A stretch of 64,000 bases of DNA. Source: Dimorphilus gyrociliatus (lineage: Eukaryota; Animalia; Annelida). The stretch is taken from positions 2,847,891 to 2,911,890 of the forward strand of contig CAJFCJ010000002.1 in NCBI GenBank assembly GCA_904063045.1, in the 5' to 3' direction. The notes beneath the pieces are model-generated. The model was given only the letters and a program-made list of their open reading frames with translations. It had not been told where the DNA came from and did no database searches. A program made the translations under genes and the position numbers. Of the stretch, positions 42,608 through 55,190 are shown in pieces (positions within the stretch are counted from its first letter, which is position 1; each line of letters starts with the position of its first letter).

Positions 42608-43889
42608 TTATTTATAGTCAAAAGCAGCTTCATATAATTTGGATAACTTATCCGTATCCAATTTTAAAACAATCTTTGCGTTGTAGTTGAGAGAATCATC
42701 ATTTTTCAAATCAACTGACATTTGTCCTCTAGTTAAGCTTTCACTTGTATTAACATCACAATTTTTCAGGGTTGTTTCGCTGGCTACATCATTATCGATA
42801 GCTACAGCCATAGCTATAGGATCACAAGCATAATAGTTGGGCATATTCTGTTAAAATGAATATCCTAATTACTACAATAATACTTTGTGATTAAAAAAAA
42901 ACACATACTCTTTTTCCGACAAGAGCCGATTTATAAATTCTATTGTGAAATTGGCACTTTTTACTATTTCCAGTAGTAATACGATCATACCACTCCTTCG
43001 ATTAAATATTATAAGAAAAAACAAATAATTTAATAGAATATAATAAAATTATACATTATAACCCACCAACCCAAGATAATGGACACTCAGAGCATGGTTC
43101 CCAACAAATCATCGTAATAGGACACTTGTATTCTTTAAGAACAATTTTTGCAGATTCTGGATCGCTATAAAAATTGAATTCTGCTGCCCTAGATACGTTA
43201 CCAACTCCTAAGAGAAAGCGTATGATGTTTAAAGTTGATTTTAATTTTTTGTTGCAAAATACCTGTTAAATTACCACCCATAATGTACAACTCTTTGATT
43301 CGTTTCGCAAACTCATCATCTATTCTCAACGCTACAGCCAAGTTAGTTAAAGGAGCCAAAGCAACAACTACTAGTTCATCTTTTTTGATAAAAAAAAGAA
43401 TTGGTTAAATAATAAGGTTAATTTTAATCTTATATATAGTTTTACCTTGGTACATTTGTGACAATCTTATCAAAGCGTCAACAGCTGACTCTTTTTTTAT
43501 CAAGGAAAGATCAACATCACCTTCAGGATCAGGACTATTTCCTAAGCCATCCCTACCGTGAAAGTAAGTTCCATCTCTTGTTCCTTTTCGATAACCAATG
43601 AGGGGTTTGGAACATCCTTTATAAACTGGAATATCTAATCTATCGCAAGCCCTTAGAACTCTCAGAGTATTGATCAATACTTGGTTTACCTTTGTGAACA
43701 ATATACTAAATTTAGATTATTTCATATAAATTGATGTGGGCTATCTTAAACGTCAATTACCTGACAATTCCCTGATACACACGTAATACCAACAATCTCT
43801 ATTGCTGGAGAAGATATTGCCATACAAAGAGCATCTGCGTCATCGATTCCGCAATCGACATCAATAACAAACTTTTTCTTCTCTCCCAT
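42608..43889 (-). CDS. Inosine/uridine-preferring nucleoside hydrolase family protein; 5 exons
   Basis: N-terminal DVDCGIDDA (DxDxxxDD), [64 protein letters not shown]. Confidence 0.92.
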
Positions 43890-44390
43890 TTTAACTCTCC
43901 TAAGCTATTATTTTTATTAAACGTCTTGAAGAAATATAACGTTTTTATTCAAAGGAGAAATTGCTATAGAGGTTATCTACTCTATAAAGTTGTTATTATT
44001 ACATTTCGAATTTAGCGATCGTAGCGGTAAAATCGTTTTGTAAACTTTCTAATATATTTAAAAATAATCTTTAAAACAAGAATGCAACTAATGGAACAAT
44101 ACCAATTCAGAAATGAACAACTATCATAAATCATCCTATAAACTTATACAGTGTATATTTTAATTGAAATAATAAAAGAATAATAAGAGATTAGAGATAA
44201 TTTTTTGTTACGTAATAAAAAAATCTAATTTTTTCTAATACGAGTAGAATATTTCGCTAATTATTTATAATTATTAATAATTTTATATTAAATTAATTTT
44301 TTTAGTAAATATGGATTTTTCATTTTAAAATTAGTAAATTTGCGCCAAAGTTACATTTTAAGTCGTCTATTTCACTGCCTATCTTGAAGA

Positions 44391-44488
44391 GCAGTCATGG
44401 CCGAGTGGTTAAGGCGTTGGACTTGAATCTTTCTATGCTAGTAATCCAATGGGCTATGCCCGCGCAGGTTCGAATCCTGCTGGCTGCG
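44391..44488 (+). tRNA. tRNA-Ser-TGA: tRNA-Ser(TGA), divergent isodecoder, with 16-nt intron (44428-44443)
   Basis: 82-nt type II body after intron removal; A and B boxes intact; anticodon TGA at 44424-44426; compensatory pair changes relative to the other copies. Confidence 0.9.
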
Positions 44489-45069
44489 AAAAATTTTTTT
44501 CAAATTTACGAGACCGTTATACCTATACAAGTATTCTATAAAGGGTTGCTTCTAGTGTAGTAGTGACATCTTGTGGCAAAAAATTAAACCTATTTTCCTT
44601 TGAAGCACACATACAATTGCAGTACATCTGTGCTGAACCATATAATCAACAACGATCAAGATAGATTGCCTCGTGTTAGAAAGAATATAACTGATTTTTA
44701 CACGAAATGAAAGCATTTCTCCCTTGATAAAAAAAAATTCATAAAATAAACTAAATTAACGACTTCGGTAAAAAAAAAACACAAATTCAATAACGTTTGC
44801 TAGTTACAGCTTCTGCAAAAAAAAAATACCCTTTTATCATCTCTTATTTAGAGTGCAACAATTTAAGATTTGTCAAATAGTAAATAAATTAAAGGGACTT
44901 TCAGCATCTAAAGAGATAAGATAGAATATAATGTATTGTAGTTAATGTCTACAAAAATATAATTTGTGATTAGCAAAGTCCAACCTATCAGTACACTTCT
45001 CTTAGATGGACAACCATTTTATAAATATCAAAAGAATACTTTTTAGATATAAAAAATAAAAAAGCTAGC

Positions 45070-45141
45070 AGGTCCCACCGAGATTCGAACTCGGATCGCT
45101 GGATTCAGAGTCCAGAGTGCTGACCGTTACACCATGGGACC
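45070..45141 (-). tRNA. tRNA-Gln-CTG: tRNA-Gln(CTG)
   Basis: Reverse complement GGTCCCATGGTGTAACGGTCAGCACTCTGGACTCTGAATCCAGCGATCCGAGTTCGAATCTCGGTGGGACCT; 72 nt, standard cloverleaf. Confidence 0.97.
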
Positions 45142-45516
45142 TTCTTAAACACATTGCTTGAAATTACTGTATTTCTATTCTCATTTTGAGGTTTCTCTAT
45201 AAATAGGAAAACCCTTATATAATAAATTAAATTTCATTATAAAATCTTGCTCTTTAATCAAAGTACTAATTACAGAAATTTTATCTTACAAGGTTTGTAT
45301 TTTAGACATTACTATAATTGTTTTTTGATGATAAACCTTCGAGAAAAGCCAAATTTACTGCTTCGACCGTTTATTTATTAGCTCCATCAATTTGATTATG
45401 TAAATGAGGTTCTTTTTTTTCATAAATTAATTTGAAATACTGTGAATAATATATAGAGCTAATTTGGAACAAATTATACTATATATAGATGTGTTTTGCT
45501 TGTATATACTACCGAT

Positions 45517-45598
45517 GCAGTCGTGGCCGAGTGGTTAAGGCGATGGACTAGAAATCCATTGGGCTCTGCCCGCACAGGTTCGAATCCTGTCGACTGCG
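45517..45598 (+). tRNA. tRNA-Ser-AGA: tRNA-Ser(AGA), intronless
   Basis: 82 nt; anticodon arm ATGGA-CT-AGA-AA-TCCAT; followed by a T-run terminator. Confidence 0.97.
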
Positions 45599-45691
45599 TA
45601 TTTTTTTTCCTTTTTTTCTTTTGGAAATTTATCTTCTTCTATCAGTTCCTTATAGTACGTCTTAACAAACCAGTTTTATTACCATATCAAT

Positions 45692-45791
45692 GCAGTCGTG
45701 GCCGAGTGGTTAAGGCGATGGACTTGAATCTTTCAGTCTAAAGGTTATCCATTGGGCTCTGCCCGCACAGGTTCGAATCCTGTCGGCTGCG
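45692..45791 (+). tRNA. tRNA-Ser-TGA: tRNA-Ser(TGA) with 18-nt intron (45729-45746)
   Basis: Intron TCTTTCAGTCTAAAGGTT between positions 37 and 38; 82-nt body. Confidence 0.93.
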
Positions 45792-45870
45792 TAATTTTTT
45801 TACCCTTTTATGAGAGTTTTCTGAGGGAATCTTATTTATCCAATGATATAAACCTATATTGCGTATCAGT

Positions 45871-45952
45871 GCAGTCGTGGCCGAGTGGTTAAGGCGATGG
45901 ACTCGAAATCCATTGGGCTCTGCCCGCACAGGTTCGAATCCTGTCGACTGCG
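45871..45952 (+). tRNA. tRNA-Ser-CGA: tRNA-Ser(CGA), intronless
   Basis: Identical to the AGA copy except at the anticodon. Confidence 0.97.
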
Positions 45953-46071
45953 TTATTTTTAACTAGTCTTTTATTTTCATTTTTTTTCTGCCATTTTTTT
46001 GAGGAACGTTACCGAATGTAGTCAATAATTTAAAGTTATGGTTAAAGAAAATAATTGTCAATATTAACTAA

Positions 46072-46176
46072 GCAGTCGTGGCCGAGTGGTTAAGGCGATG
46101 GACTTGAATCTACCCCGATTTAATTAGAGTTATCCATTGGGCTCTGCCCGCACAGGTTCGAATCCTGTCGGCTGCG
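46072..46176 (+). tRNA. tRNA-Ser-TGA: tRNA-Ser(TGA) with 23-nt intron (46109-46131)
   Basis: Intron TCTACCCCGATTTAATTAGAGTT at 37/38; 82-nt body. Confidence 0.93.
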
Positions 46177-46244
46177 TATTTTTTTTATCTTGTCATTTAT
46201 GTAGTACATATAAAAAAAACTCCTGAAAACTATAGGGTGCAAAT

Positions 46245-46326
46245 GCAGTTGTGGCCGAGTGGTTAAGGCGATGGACTTGAAATCCATTGGGCTCTGCCCG
46301 CACAGGTTCGAATCCTGTCAGCTGCG
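46245..46326 (+). tRNA. tRNA-Ser-TGA: tRNA-Ser(TGA), intronless
   Basis: 82 nt; compensated T6:A67 acceptor-stem pair; A and B boxes intact. Confidence 0.95.
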
Positions 46327-46423
46327 TAAAATCATGTTTTTTTTGTTTATTATTCAAACTTATTAACCAGAGATTATTTCAATTGAAAAAATTATAAACA
46401 ATAGATTTGATAACGTTATTAAT

Positions 46424-46505
46424 GCAGTTATGACCGAGTATTTAAGGCTATGAACTAGATATCCATTGGGCTCTGGTAGCACAAGTTCAAATTCTGTCGG
46501 CTGCT
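46424..46505 (+). pseudogene. Degenerate tRNA-Ser(AGA) pseudogene
   Basis: Same length and alignable, but with A-box (TGACCGAGTAT) and B-box (AGTTCAAATT) changes, a broken anticodon stem and variable arm, and a T discriminator. Confidence 0.85.
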
Positions 46506-46587
46506 TGTAACTTGTAAAACATTTTTTTTTGATAATTAATGAATTACGACGACATTTATCGAAAATTGAACCCAACCTATCATATCA

Positions 46588-46687
46588 GCAGTCGTGGCCG
46601 AGTGGTTAAGGCGATGGACTTGAATCTTTCGATCTAAAAGTTATCCATTGGGCTCTGCCCGCACAGGTTCGAATCCTGTCGGCTGCG
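46588..46687 (+). tRNA. tRNA-Ser-TGA: tRNA-Ser(TGA) with 18-nt intron (46625-46642)
   Basis: Intron TCTTTCGATCTAAAAGTT at 37/38; 82-nt body. Confidence 0.93.
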
Positions 46688-48692
46688 TAATTTTTTTTTT
46701 ATTTTCATTTATTGATTTTACTAAATATATTTATTCCAAATTTACGTGTCCAAGTGACCTAATTAAGTTAATTATTAATAAAGAAAAAAGAAAGATTGTA
46801 AATTGACTGACAGAGTTTGGCTGGCTTAAAGAAAAGATAAAGTAAAAACTTGAATAAATATTTAAATAAATTATCTTTTATTTATCAAGATGAAGCACTA
46901 ACCTTAACAATTCGTATGGAAAATTATGTCATTTTAAAGGATTACGAGAAGTAGGGTGTTTAAAGAAATTTATAAATAAATTATAATGGAAAAAAAAGTA
47001 AATTTACAAATGGACTTGTAGATATTTGTATAAGCTTCGGAAGAGTGTGTATATTGCATATAAAAGAGTGCTCTCTCTCCCTCTCTTTCTCTCTGCTAAA
47101 GATAATGATTATACAAAGTCATTTATAACGAATAACATTCAAAAATTCTGTACGGAACTTTATTATATTTCAATATTCTATGTAAAACAATAGAGCGTTG
47201 GTGTATAAATGTATATATGTTATAATTGAATAATAATAACAAAACAGGCGGTTCGTTTTAAAACAAAAGCAATAAAACATGTTCACTTCAATAGTTTATA
47301 AAATAAATGATTGTTAAATATATATATCTATTTGTATGTATGCAACATTCTAGTTGGACCTATTATATACAAATTATATATTTCATACTCAATTTAGTGT
47401 TTTATTCAAAAAACATTTTGAGCCTATGCAAAAAAAAAACAAAAAAAGAAATAGAAAATCAAAGTAAAAAGTTCAACTTCTAGTTGATATATTTTATATA
47501 TAATGTATAGATTTAGTTTTCTATATCGGTTAATAAATTTTTTTTGAGTGTTTTATATATAAAAAAAGAAATATTCAATTTTAAGTGATCACCTTTCTGT
47601 TTTTTCTTCATTCTTTTCAAGATAAAATCTAACTTTAGATAAATTAATCATCATCATTGTGATTGTCATCATTACCATCATCATTATTATCATCATATAA
47701 ATAGGCTAACATGAAAATGGCACAAATAACAGTTCATCCTAACAGAAAAGTATTAAAAAGGTATTGCATGTGAATAAATCATAAAAAAATCTAAGTAGTG
47801 AATAGAAGTTTATCTATACAATTATAGTCAAATATATAACTGTATATCTAGGATAAAATAGAAGCACCTTCTTTAAATTAAATTAACATAGTAACGAAAG
47901 TATCCAAAATGAATTGATGGCAGGTGTCAACATTAAAAGAAAAACAAAAAAACAAAAACAGGAACAAAATACAAAAAAAAAAAAGTATTGAAGAAGGGTT
48001 TAAAAGATTGTAAACTATGCAACATAATGAAAATTATATAGATATCTTGTATATATACATATTTATATATACTGTATATATTAGGTTTTTGTAATATTTT
48101 ACTTCTTTTCCTGTCATAATTCTCAATATAATTTTAATCATACAGTGTTCTTTTTCTTCTTCTTCTTCTACTACTACTCCTTCTGCTCACTTTTCCATAA
48201 TTATAATAGTGAAGTATTTAAAAAATGATTTTTTTTAATTATAAACATAGAAACAATATTAAAAAAGAATGAAAATTAATAATAGTAATAATAATCAAAA
48301 TATAATAACTTTATCTTTTAATTTCTTTTCTTTTGTTCAAAATTTTTGTTTAGTTTTGTTTGTTTAAAAAGAAAAAAAATGTAATTATTTTTCTATTCTC
48401 TTTTTCTTCTTCTAAGGTTTTTTAGTATTTTGTTTTTTATAAAAAATAATGAAAATTCGTTTCTCTTAACTTTCATGCAAAAAAAAAAAAAAAGAATAAA
48501 GTATTTGCTGTAAATATTTGATAAACTATTTGACATATAAATAAGAGGGGAAAAAATAACTGTCATTTAAGTAAATTGATACATAGCAGACTACCATTGT
48601 TGAGAATCCTATGTTATTGCACTGCTGAAACGGAAAAGTTATTGGAAAAAAAATAAAATGTGCAGTTAATCAAATATTTTTCGGAGAAATTC

Positions 48693-51600
48693 CTACTGAT
48701 AACCTTCGGGTATCGATGGTTCAACAGCATCGCTAGCGTATTTTCCGCTTGAAACCCGATTCACCATCTTAGCCAACTTAAAATCTTCTCCTTGAATGTT
48801 TATACTACTTCCAGATACACTGGCTCCATCACAATGAAACTGTAGGGCAGTGCGACACTTACAAACTTCGTTATTCTCGTATAGATTATCTTCTACTTTT
48901 ATTTTTGCTTCAACAAAACACTTTTCGTTATACTCTAAATTCCAAACAACTTTTGCATTATCGGTTGTCATGTAGGCTGGCTTTGATTCGACTCCGACAA
49001 TTTGAGAGCCGCTTATACATAAAGCCAATCTGAGCTTTACGTCACCTGAACATTTTAACGCATTTGAAACGTTTGAAGTAACTTCGATTACTACATCAAC
49101 ATAACCGTCTGCTTTGTTGAATACCGATCTGATTAGAAAAGGAGCTCTCATACTTTCGACTTCGTATTTTAACACATCGATATTTATATAATTTACATTA
49201 TTTTCAACCAATTTGCCTTTTACATAATTACACAATGCAGACATTTTAAATGAATAGGTCTTCTCTTTGAATAAATCGATGCTGATCAAATTATTATCTA
49301 CATCGATCTTCTGAACACTAGTAGCATTCTGCAGGTTAAATATTAGAGGATGTGAATCCGATATTAATTTTTCGGCTACTGATCGAGGTAAGCAAACTGT
49401 TATTTGGCCATCTATTCGAATTTTTGAAGGTTGATAGCAATCTGCATCGAAAAGTGCGTTCACTGTTTCCGTAATTGCAAATGCTACTGGAATTTGTAAA
49501 TGAGGTGATGATGAAATAGAGGTCATTTTTCTATGACCCCATTCGTCCGATTGATTTTGCGAGTCAAATATATTAGGTGTTGGAGTCATTCTATCCGGTC
49601 GCCTGGAGGGTGGAGGAGCTAAATTTTTCAATTGAACGACACTTCTTTTCAGGTCTTCCATAGACGTCACACTCTCTGTTCCACCGGATCCATTAATATT
49701 TGCTGGTTTTATTTCAACTTTAAATGGCTTTTTAGAAGTTTTCGTTTCTTCTTCGTCCGATTCTTCACCAGAACTCCACCAAGAATTTAAATCTTCTTTC
49801 TTCTCCTCTCCCTCATCTGGGCGAACAGTGAAGCCTTCTTCATCAACCTATTTTCGAAATAGAGTACTCAAATTAAAAGCTATTTTCGTCGAAAGGTTAA
49901 TCAATACAAAACCTGAGTTTGCGCTAGGGAATTATTATCTTTCTCCTCAGCTTTCTTTTTCCTTCTACGTCCAAAAGCAGGAACTAAATCTAGGAATGTT
50001 GTACTCTTTGGTCTTTCTGGCCTATCGGATTCAGTCGAAGATTCCATAGCAGAGATGCCACTTAAATCGGGCTGTTCAAATGTCACGTCTGACGGACGAT
50101 CCGTACCGGTTTTTTTTGTAGTTACAAACATATCAAGCAAAGCTTCAATAGATAAGCTGGAGCATTTGTCATCGAATTCGTCGTGAGTCTATCCGAAATA
50201 AATATTAAAAAGTAAATCTAAATACGCTTTAAACAATAAATTAAAATAAACAACTAAAGAATAAACGATAAAAGAACAATCCCATCAAAGAGAGTATTTA
50301 ATAACACAATTCGATTTTGATAAAAAAAAAACCAAACAAAACAAATTAAAAATCCTTTTTTTTAGATAATTGCTAATTATTTAACTAATTGCAATACCCA
50401 CAAACCATGTATATTTCATTACAATGGTATATTAATGCTTATAAATAGATATTTCTCTTATTGCAAAACAAGGTTATACTAAAAATCAGAATGTTGAAAG
50501 AGAGAAATGAATATTCTAACCTTTTTAAGCTTATCGTAGTGCCTGCTCCAACCTTCGGAATATTTCTGTAGGAATTCACCCATACTTTTTAGATGAGTTT
50601 CTTCTAATTGTTGGAATCTATTTGCAGATTCTTCCATATTTCTTTCAAACTCTTTTTTAACCGTTGAAAATTTTTCAACTAAAATTGTATATTCGTCCAT
50701 ACACTTCTTGTGCTTGGCTTCTGCCTTCTCAAGGTCGTTTGGTTTTGTTTGTGAATTAACTTTTAATTTTTCTAATTCTAATGTTCTGGCATGATATTGT
50801 TCTTTAGCTTTTTGCAGTGAATTTGTTATTTGTTGCAATGCGTTCACGGAATCCGAAGTTTTTGACTCTTGATCCTTAACTTGTTTGTGCTTTTTGTGTA
50901 AATCATCTATAAAAAAAATGTAGCCTTAATAATTTATAAAATATTATAGATTTTAATATTTCATTACCAGCGTATTTGTGAACATCTTTGATTATTTCTT
51001 GCCAACCGGAAGCTAACTCTTGATGAAGCCGTGCTACACTCTCTATATAGTCTTTGATATGAACCCAATACGGTTGAAAAGTTCCAGTATTGAAATTAAC
51101 AGCAATTTTACAAACAAGCTGGTTTAGGCGTTTCTTGTAGGATTCTTCTGCTGTACAACTGAAAATAATAGTAATAATAATTCCATATAACGCAATAGAT
51201 AAGCAAAGTATTGTTCTTTAACGATATACATTAAAATTATCTTTAGAATAAATCATAAAAATGATAAAATGAAGGATAAAACATTTTCTCTAACTGTCTA
51301 TCCTTTTATTATACTAATATAATGTAAATTGTATAGTAAATGTTAGAAGAATATTGTTAACAAGTATAGTTTAATATTTGGCTACGATAGCTAAATACAA
51401 TAAGTATATTTAGTATTAATTCAAATAGCTGAAAGGCAATCAAAATATCTATAAGCCAGTGTTTTAACAACAAATATAATTTATAAAAATATGAATAGTT
51501 TACTATCAATCGTTTTAGTAGTGGGCGTTTATTCTAATGAAAGAATAGTAAAAAAAACATAAATAGCGATAGTTTCAAGTGAATTGAATGAATACACTTT

Positions 51601-52459
51601 CTACTAATCTATTTTTATAAGCAAAATCAATTAATTCACTTATGATAGGTAAGAGAGAGAGAAAAACAGAGAGAGGGGAAAGGAAGGCAGAAAGGGATGA
51701 CAGACGGACAGAGAAGGGAGGGGGAAGTTAATAAAGAGCCAACATAATTTAATAAGTTGAAAAAAAAATTTTCTATTCATCTTAACTTCCTCTTATCTAT
51801 ATCTAAATTCTCCAATAGTAATTTTAAACACTTTTCCTGTTTGTGTAGGCGAAAGGACTTTCATTGTATGAACAATTCATAAAATGTCCATATTGAATAC
51901 AAAAGATATTTAATTAAGTATCATTGGGCGAAATTGGCGAAAATGTAAATATTCTCCAATAAAAATGTTAAAGAAAAGGGAGAAATGATATAAAATGGAT
52001 AAAGATCCTATATACTGGATATTAAATATTGAAAAATAATGAATAATGGTTTTTCTCATTTTTCGATTCGACAATTATTAGACTTAATCATCATACATTC
52101 TTTAGATAGACATTTAAATTTATGGAATATTCTTAAAAAAACTAACAGTTTTATTCCATTCGAAATACCTGATTTTTCACAGTTTAGAATTTCACTTTTC
52201 ACAATACAACTATTTTAAAACGGTAAACTAAACTTACCTTTCCTTGAGAAAATCCTCAAATTCTTTGCACGCTGTGTGTCCATGTTTCATGTTTGAATAT
52301 AAAATATTAAATCCATTATGCTTTTGCCCCTGTTGGAATATCACAGATTTTGTTTAGTCTTATCAGTGAAAAAAAATTATAAACGTTTAAATGCACGTTA
52401 AATAATATTGTATTTCTATTAAACAGTCTAACCCAAAAATTTTCCTTAAATTGAACCAT
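48693..52459 (-). CDS. FCHO2: F-BAR domain-only protein (FCHO1/2 muniscin): F-BAR plus C-terminal mu-homology domain; 6 coding exons
   Basis: MVQFKENFW|GQKHNGFNILYSNMKHG..KEFEDFLKER; KKHKQVKDQES; VDEEGFTVRP; IPVAFAITETVNALF; C-terminal SSGKYASD. Invertebrate single-copy orthologue of FCHO1/2. Confidence 0.9.
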
Positions 52460-52838
52460 ATTTCGATTGATTTATCTGTTAACAATCATCAGAAAAACAA
52501 CAATAATCCAAAAATTAATGCCAAACAGCAGAAAATGGGCGACTAACGAGTTTGAGATAATCAATATGATAGCATCTGTATTAAAACTCATATACAATTT
52601 ACCATTGTGAGTCTCAAACGCGGAATATCCTCATCTAGGATTTACCTATGACGTAAAAAATTAGGCTGGGACCGAATTCCGAAGACGATGTGTAAACAAT
52701 TATTTGCCGCTAAAAATCGAGCGGACTATGTGTTCTGATAACAAGGACATATAGAAACATAAAATTTTATTTGAATTATTTTTTGATATGTAAAAGACAG
52801 GGCAGAGTATCAATTCACAAGGAGCTTAAAAGCCAGTT

Positions 52839-54756
52839 TTATCCTATTATGGTAGATTCGCTTTCCCTATCTTGATCTCGCTCATTATCGTAAAATTCTC
52901 CCCCGTGTTCTGCTCTTTTTTCATCATCTAAAAGATTTCTAGAATCAGGATCTTGTTCTCCTCTTTCGTCTATTTGATAAAAATCCGGTGGAACGTCTTG
53001 CATTTGAACACTTGGTGCATGTTGAAGCATTTTAAGATTTTCGAATACAGTCTGTTTTATGCTCTCTAAGTATTGTTTATTATTCATATTTTCTTGTTTT
53101 GAGGCAATATCAAGGTGGAGAATAAAATCTGGTGCAAAATATTCCGCATATTCTGAATAAAAATAATAGCAGTAATAATAAAGAAAAAATTCGTAAAACA
53201 ACAATCTGGTATATATATATATATATATATATATATACTGTATAGTATATATAAATCTAATGTTCTTCATACCATTATATGGAATATCATTTTCTAGTTC
53301 TTCATCTAACAATACCGATGTTTCATAAGCCCAACATCTGGCAACATTTCTTGGTGTATATCCACCACCTCCTAAAACCATAAGAGGGATATTTTTATCC
53401 CGAATAAATTTGACACATTCTCTATAAATAAAAAGAAATATTTCAGTTAGATGATTGTTTATATTCTGGTTTCTATGTATATAGAATATCTATATATATA
53501 TATATATACTGTATATACGTAATTAACATTAACTAACCCGTGACCTCTAACGCTTAGATTAAAACAACCTAATCGATCGCTGCCCAAACTGTCTGCTCCG
53601 CACTGAAAAAATATTGTTTTTTATTTTTATGAAATATTAAAATATTTTTATAATAATTGTTTTACCTGTAAGACAATGCAGGAAGGTTGAAAAAAGTCAA
53701 TAACATGATTCATGACAGGCTTGAATACACTCATGTATGTTTGATCGTCAATACCTTCCCTTAAGGGGACATTAATTGAATAATAACGACCAGTTTCTGC
53801 TCCAATCTCATACATATCCCCAGTACCGGGGAAGAAGTAATTGCCATATTTGTGGAAAGATACAGTCATAACTCTATCAGTTAGATAGAATGCTTCTTGG
53901 ACACCATCTCCGTGATGAATATCAATATCTATGTACAAAACTCTTTGGTGGTATCTGTTTTATAATAAAATAATACAATTACTTCATTCTGTTCGTAATA
54001 TTTAGTATTTAAAGGAATTCTTTACTTTAATAGTTCCAATATTCCAATAACTATATCATTAACATAACAAAAACCCGATGCTTCGGCTTTCTTTGCGTGA
54101 TGTAGACCTCCCGACCAATTTACTGCTATGTCGCATATCTTTGATGAAAAACATTCATTTATATTATTAAAATATATACATTGCTTATTCCTTTCATGCT
54201 ATTATTCTTACGTCGTGATTAAGTTTAATGGCGCTGTCTAGGGATGCTCCGGTATAGATGGAGCAAAAATCAAATAATCCTTCGAAAACTGGACAATCGT
54301 CTCCGACATTGTACAGACTAAATTGTTTACTAAAGGAGGCTGTGTTTCTTGGTGATATTCTTTGTAAAAAGTCTATGTAATCCTCTGAATGAAATCTACA
54401 CATATCTGTCGAAGCTGCATGGTAGGGCCTGTACATCTAATGAAACAATTATTTTTATGATGTTGTAAACTGCAATTGACAATTATCTACCTGCATGTGC
54501 TTATATAGATTGTAGTTCATCACTAGACTGTGTGTGATGGCAATTCTTTGAGGCTTCATAGGATGATGGGGACCTGAATTTAAAATCAAAGAGAATCATT
54601 AAATTAAAATCTTTGCAACTTTACACAACATAAGGATATGGTAACAATCAGTTTATTTATCCATAAAACAATGCGATTTACAACAATAAACGCACCATAG
54701 TGGTAATTTCCGACATCGGGATCATAAAAGTATACAATTCTTTTACCGGGCGCCAT
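52839..54756 (-). CDS. HDAC3: Histone deacetylase 3; 7 exons
   Basis: [12 protein letters not shown]|[92 protein letters not shown]; the FHSEDY and DMYE.GAE.GRYY motifs are HDAC3-specific. Confidence 0.96.
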
Positions 54757-55190
54757 CTTGTCAGGAATTGTAGAGTCGCACTGACTGTATTCTAGTTCAG
54801 AGAGATCTAGAAAATTTCTCGTCGTATAGTAAGTATTATTAAGATAATTCGGCTATATAACCAAAACTAAAATAAGCAAAAGCGTAATACTAAATATTAT
54901 TATCCTTGACCTTGCTTTTGAACCGACGTGTGGACTTTTGGGATAAAACTATTCACAATATAATTATTTTGCGATCAACATCTGTTGAGTAAGGATCTCT
55001 TTTTAATATTAATTTTTTCTGCCTAAAATTTTAGTTTCCCGGGAAAAATTATAAATAATTTTATATATTTTCTTTTCTTTTGTTTTTGTTTTCCTTCCTT
55101 ATGATAATAATAATAAAATGTAAAATGTAATATTGCTGTTCTAACCCTTTCAGCATCAACTCCAATTTCAAGTTATTAGAATATACTAAA

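Noticed and set aside
44391-46687. TGA-containing tRNAs as selenocysteine or UGA-suppressor tRNAs
   Set aside because: TGA is the anticodon and reads UCA (Ser). tRNA-Sec has anticodon TCA and a different body.
45517-46687. Repeat-spacer pattern resembling a CRISPR array
   Set aside because: The repeats are complete tRNA genes with A and B boxes in a eukaryotic genome, and there are no cas genes.
53153-53272. Stop-free 120-nt HDAC3 intron read through by the ORF track (possible in-frame retention)
   Set aside because: One or two such introns are expected by chance among about 100. It contains a (TA)n run that changes in 2-nt steps, and the read-through peptide is low-complexity.
54632-54639. 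ATATCCTT, a U12-type AT-AC donor motif, on the minus strand of HDAC3
   Set aside because: It lies in the middle of an ordinary GT-AG intron (54574-54695) whose boundaries already give the conserved protein.
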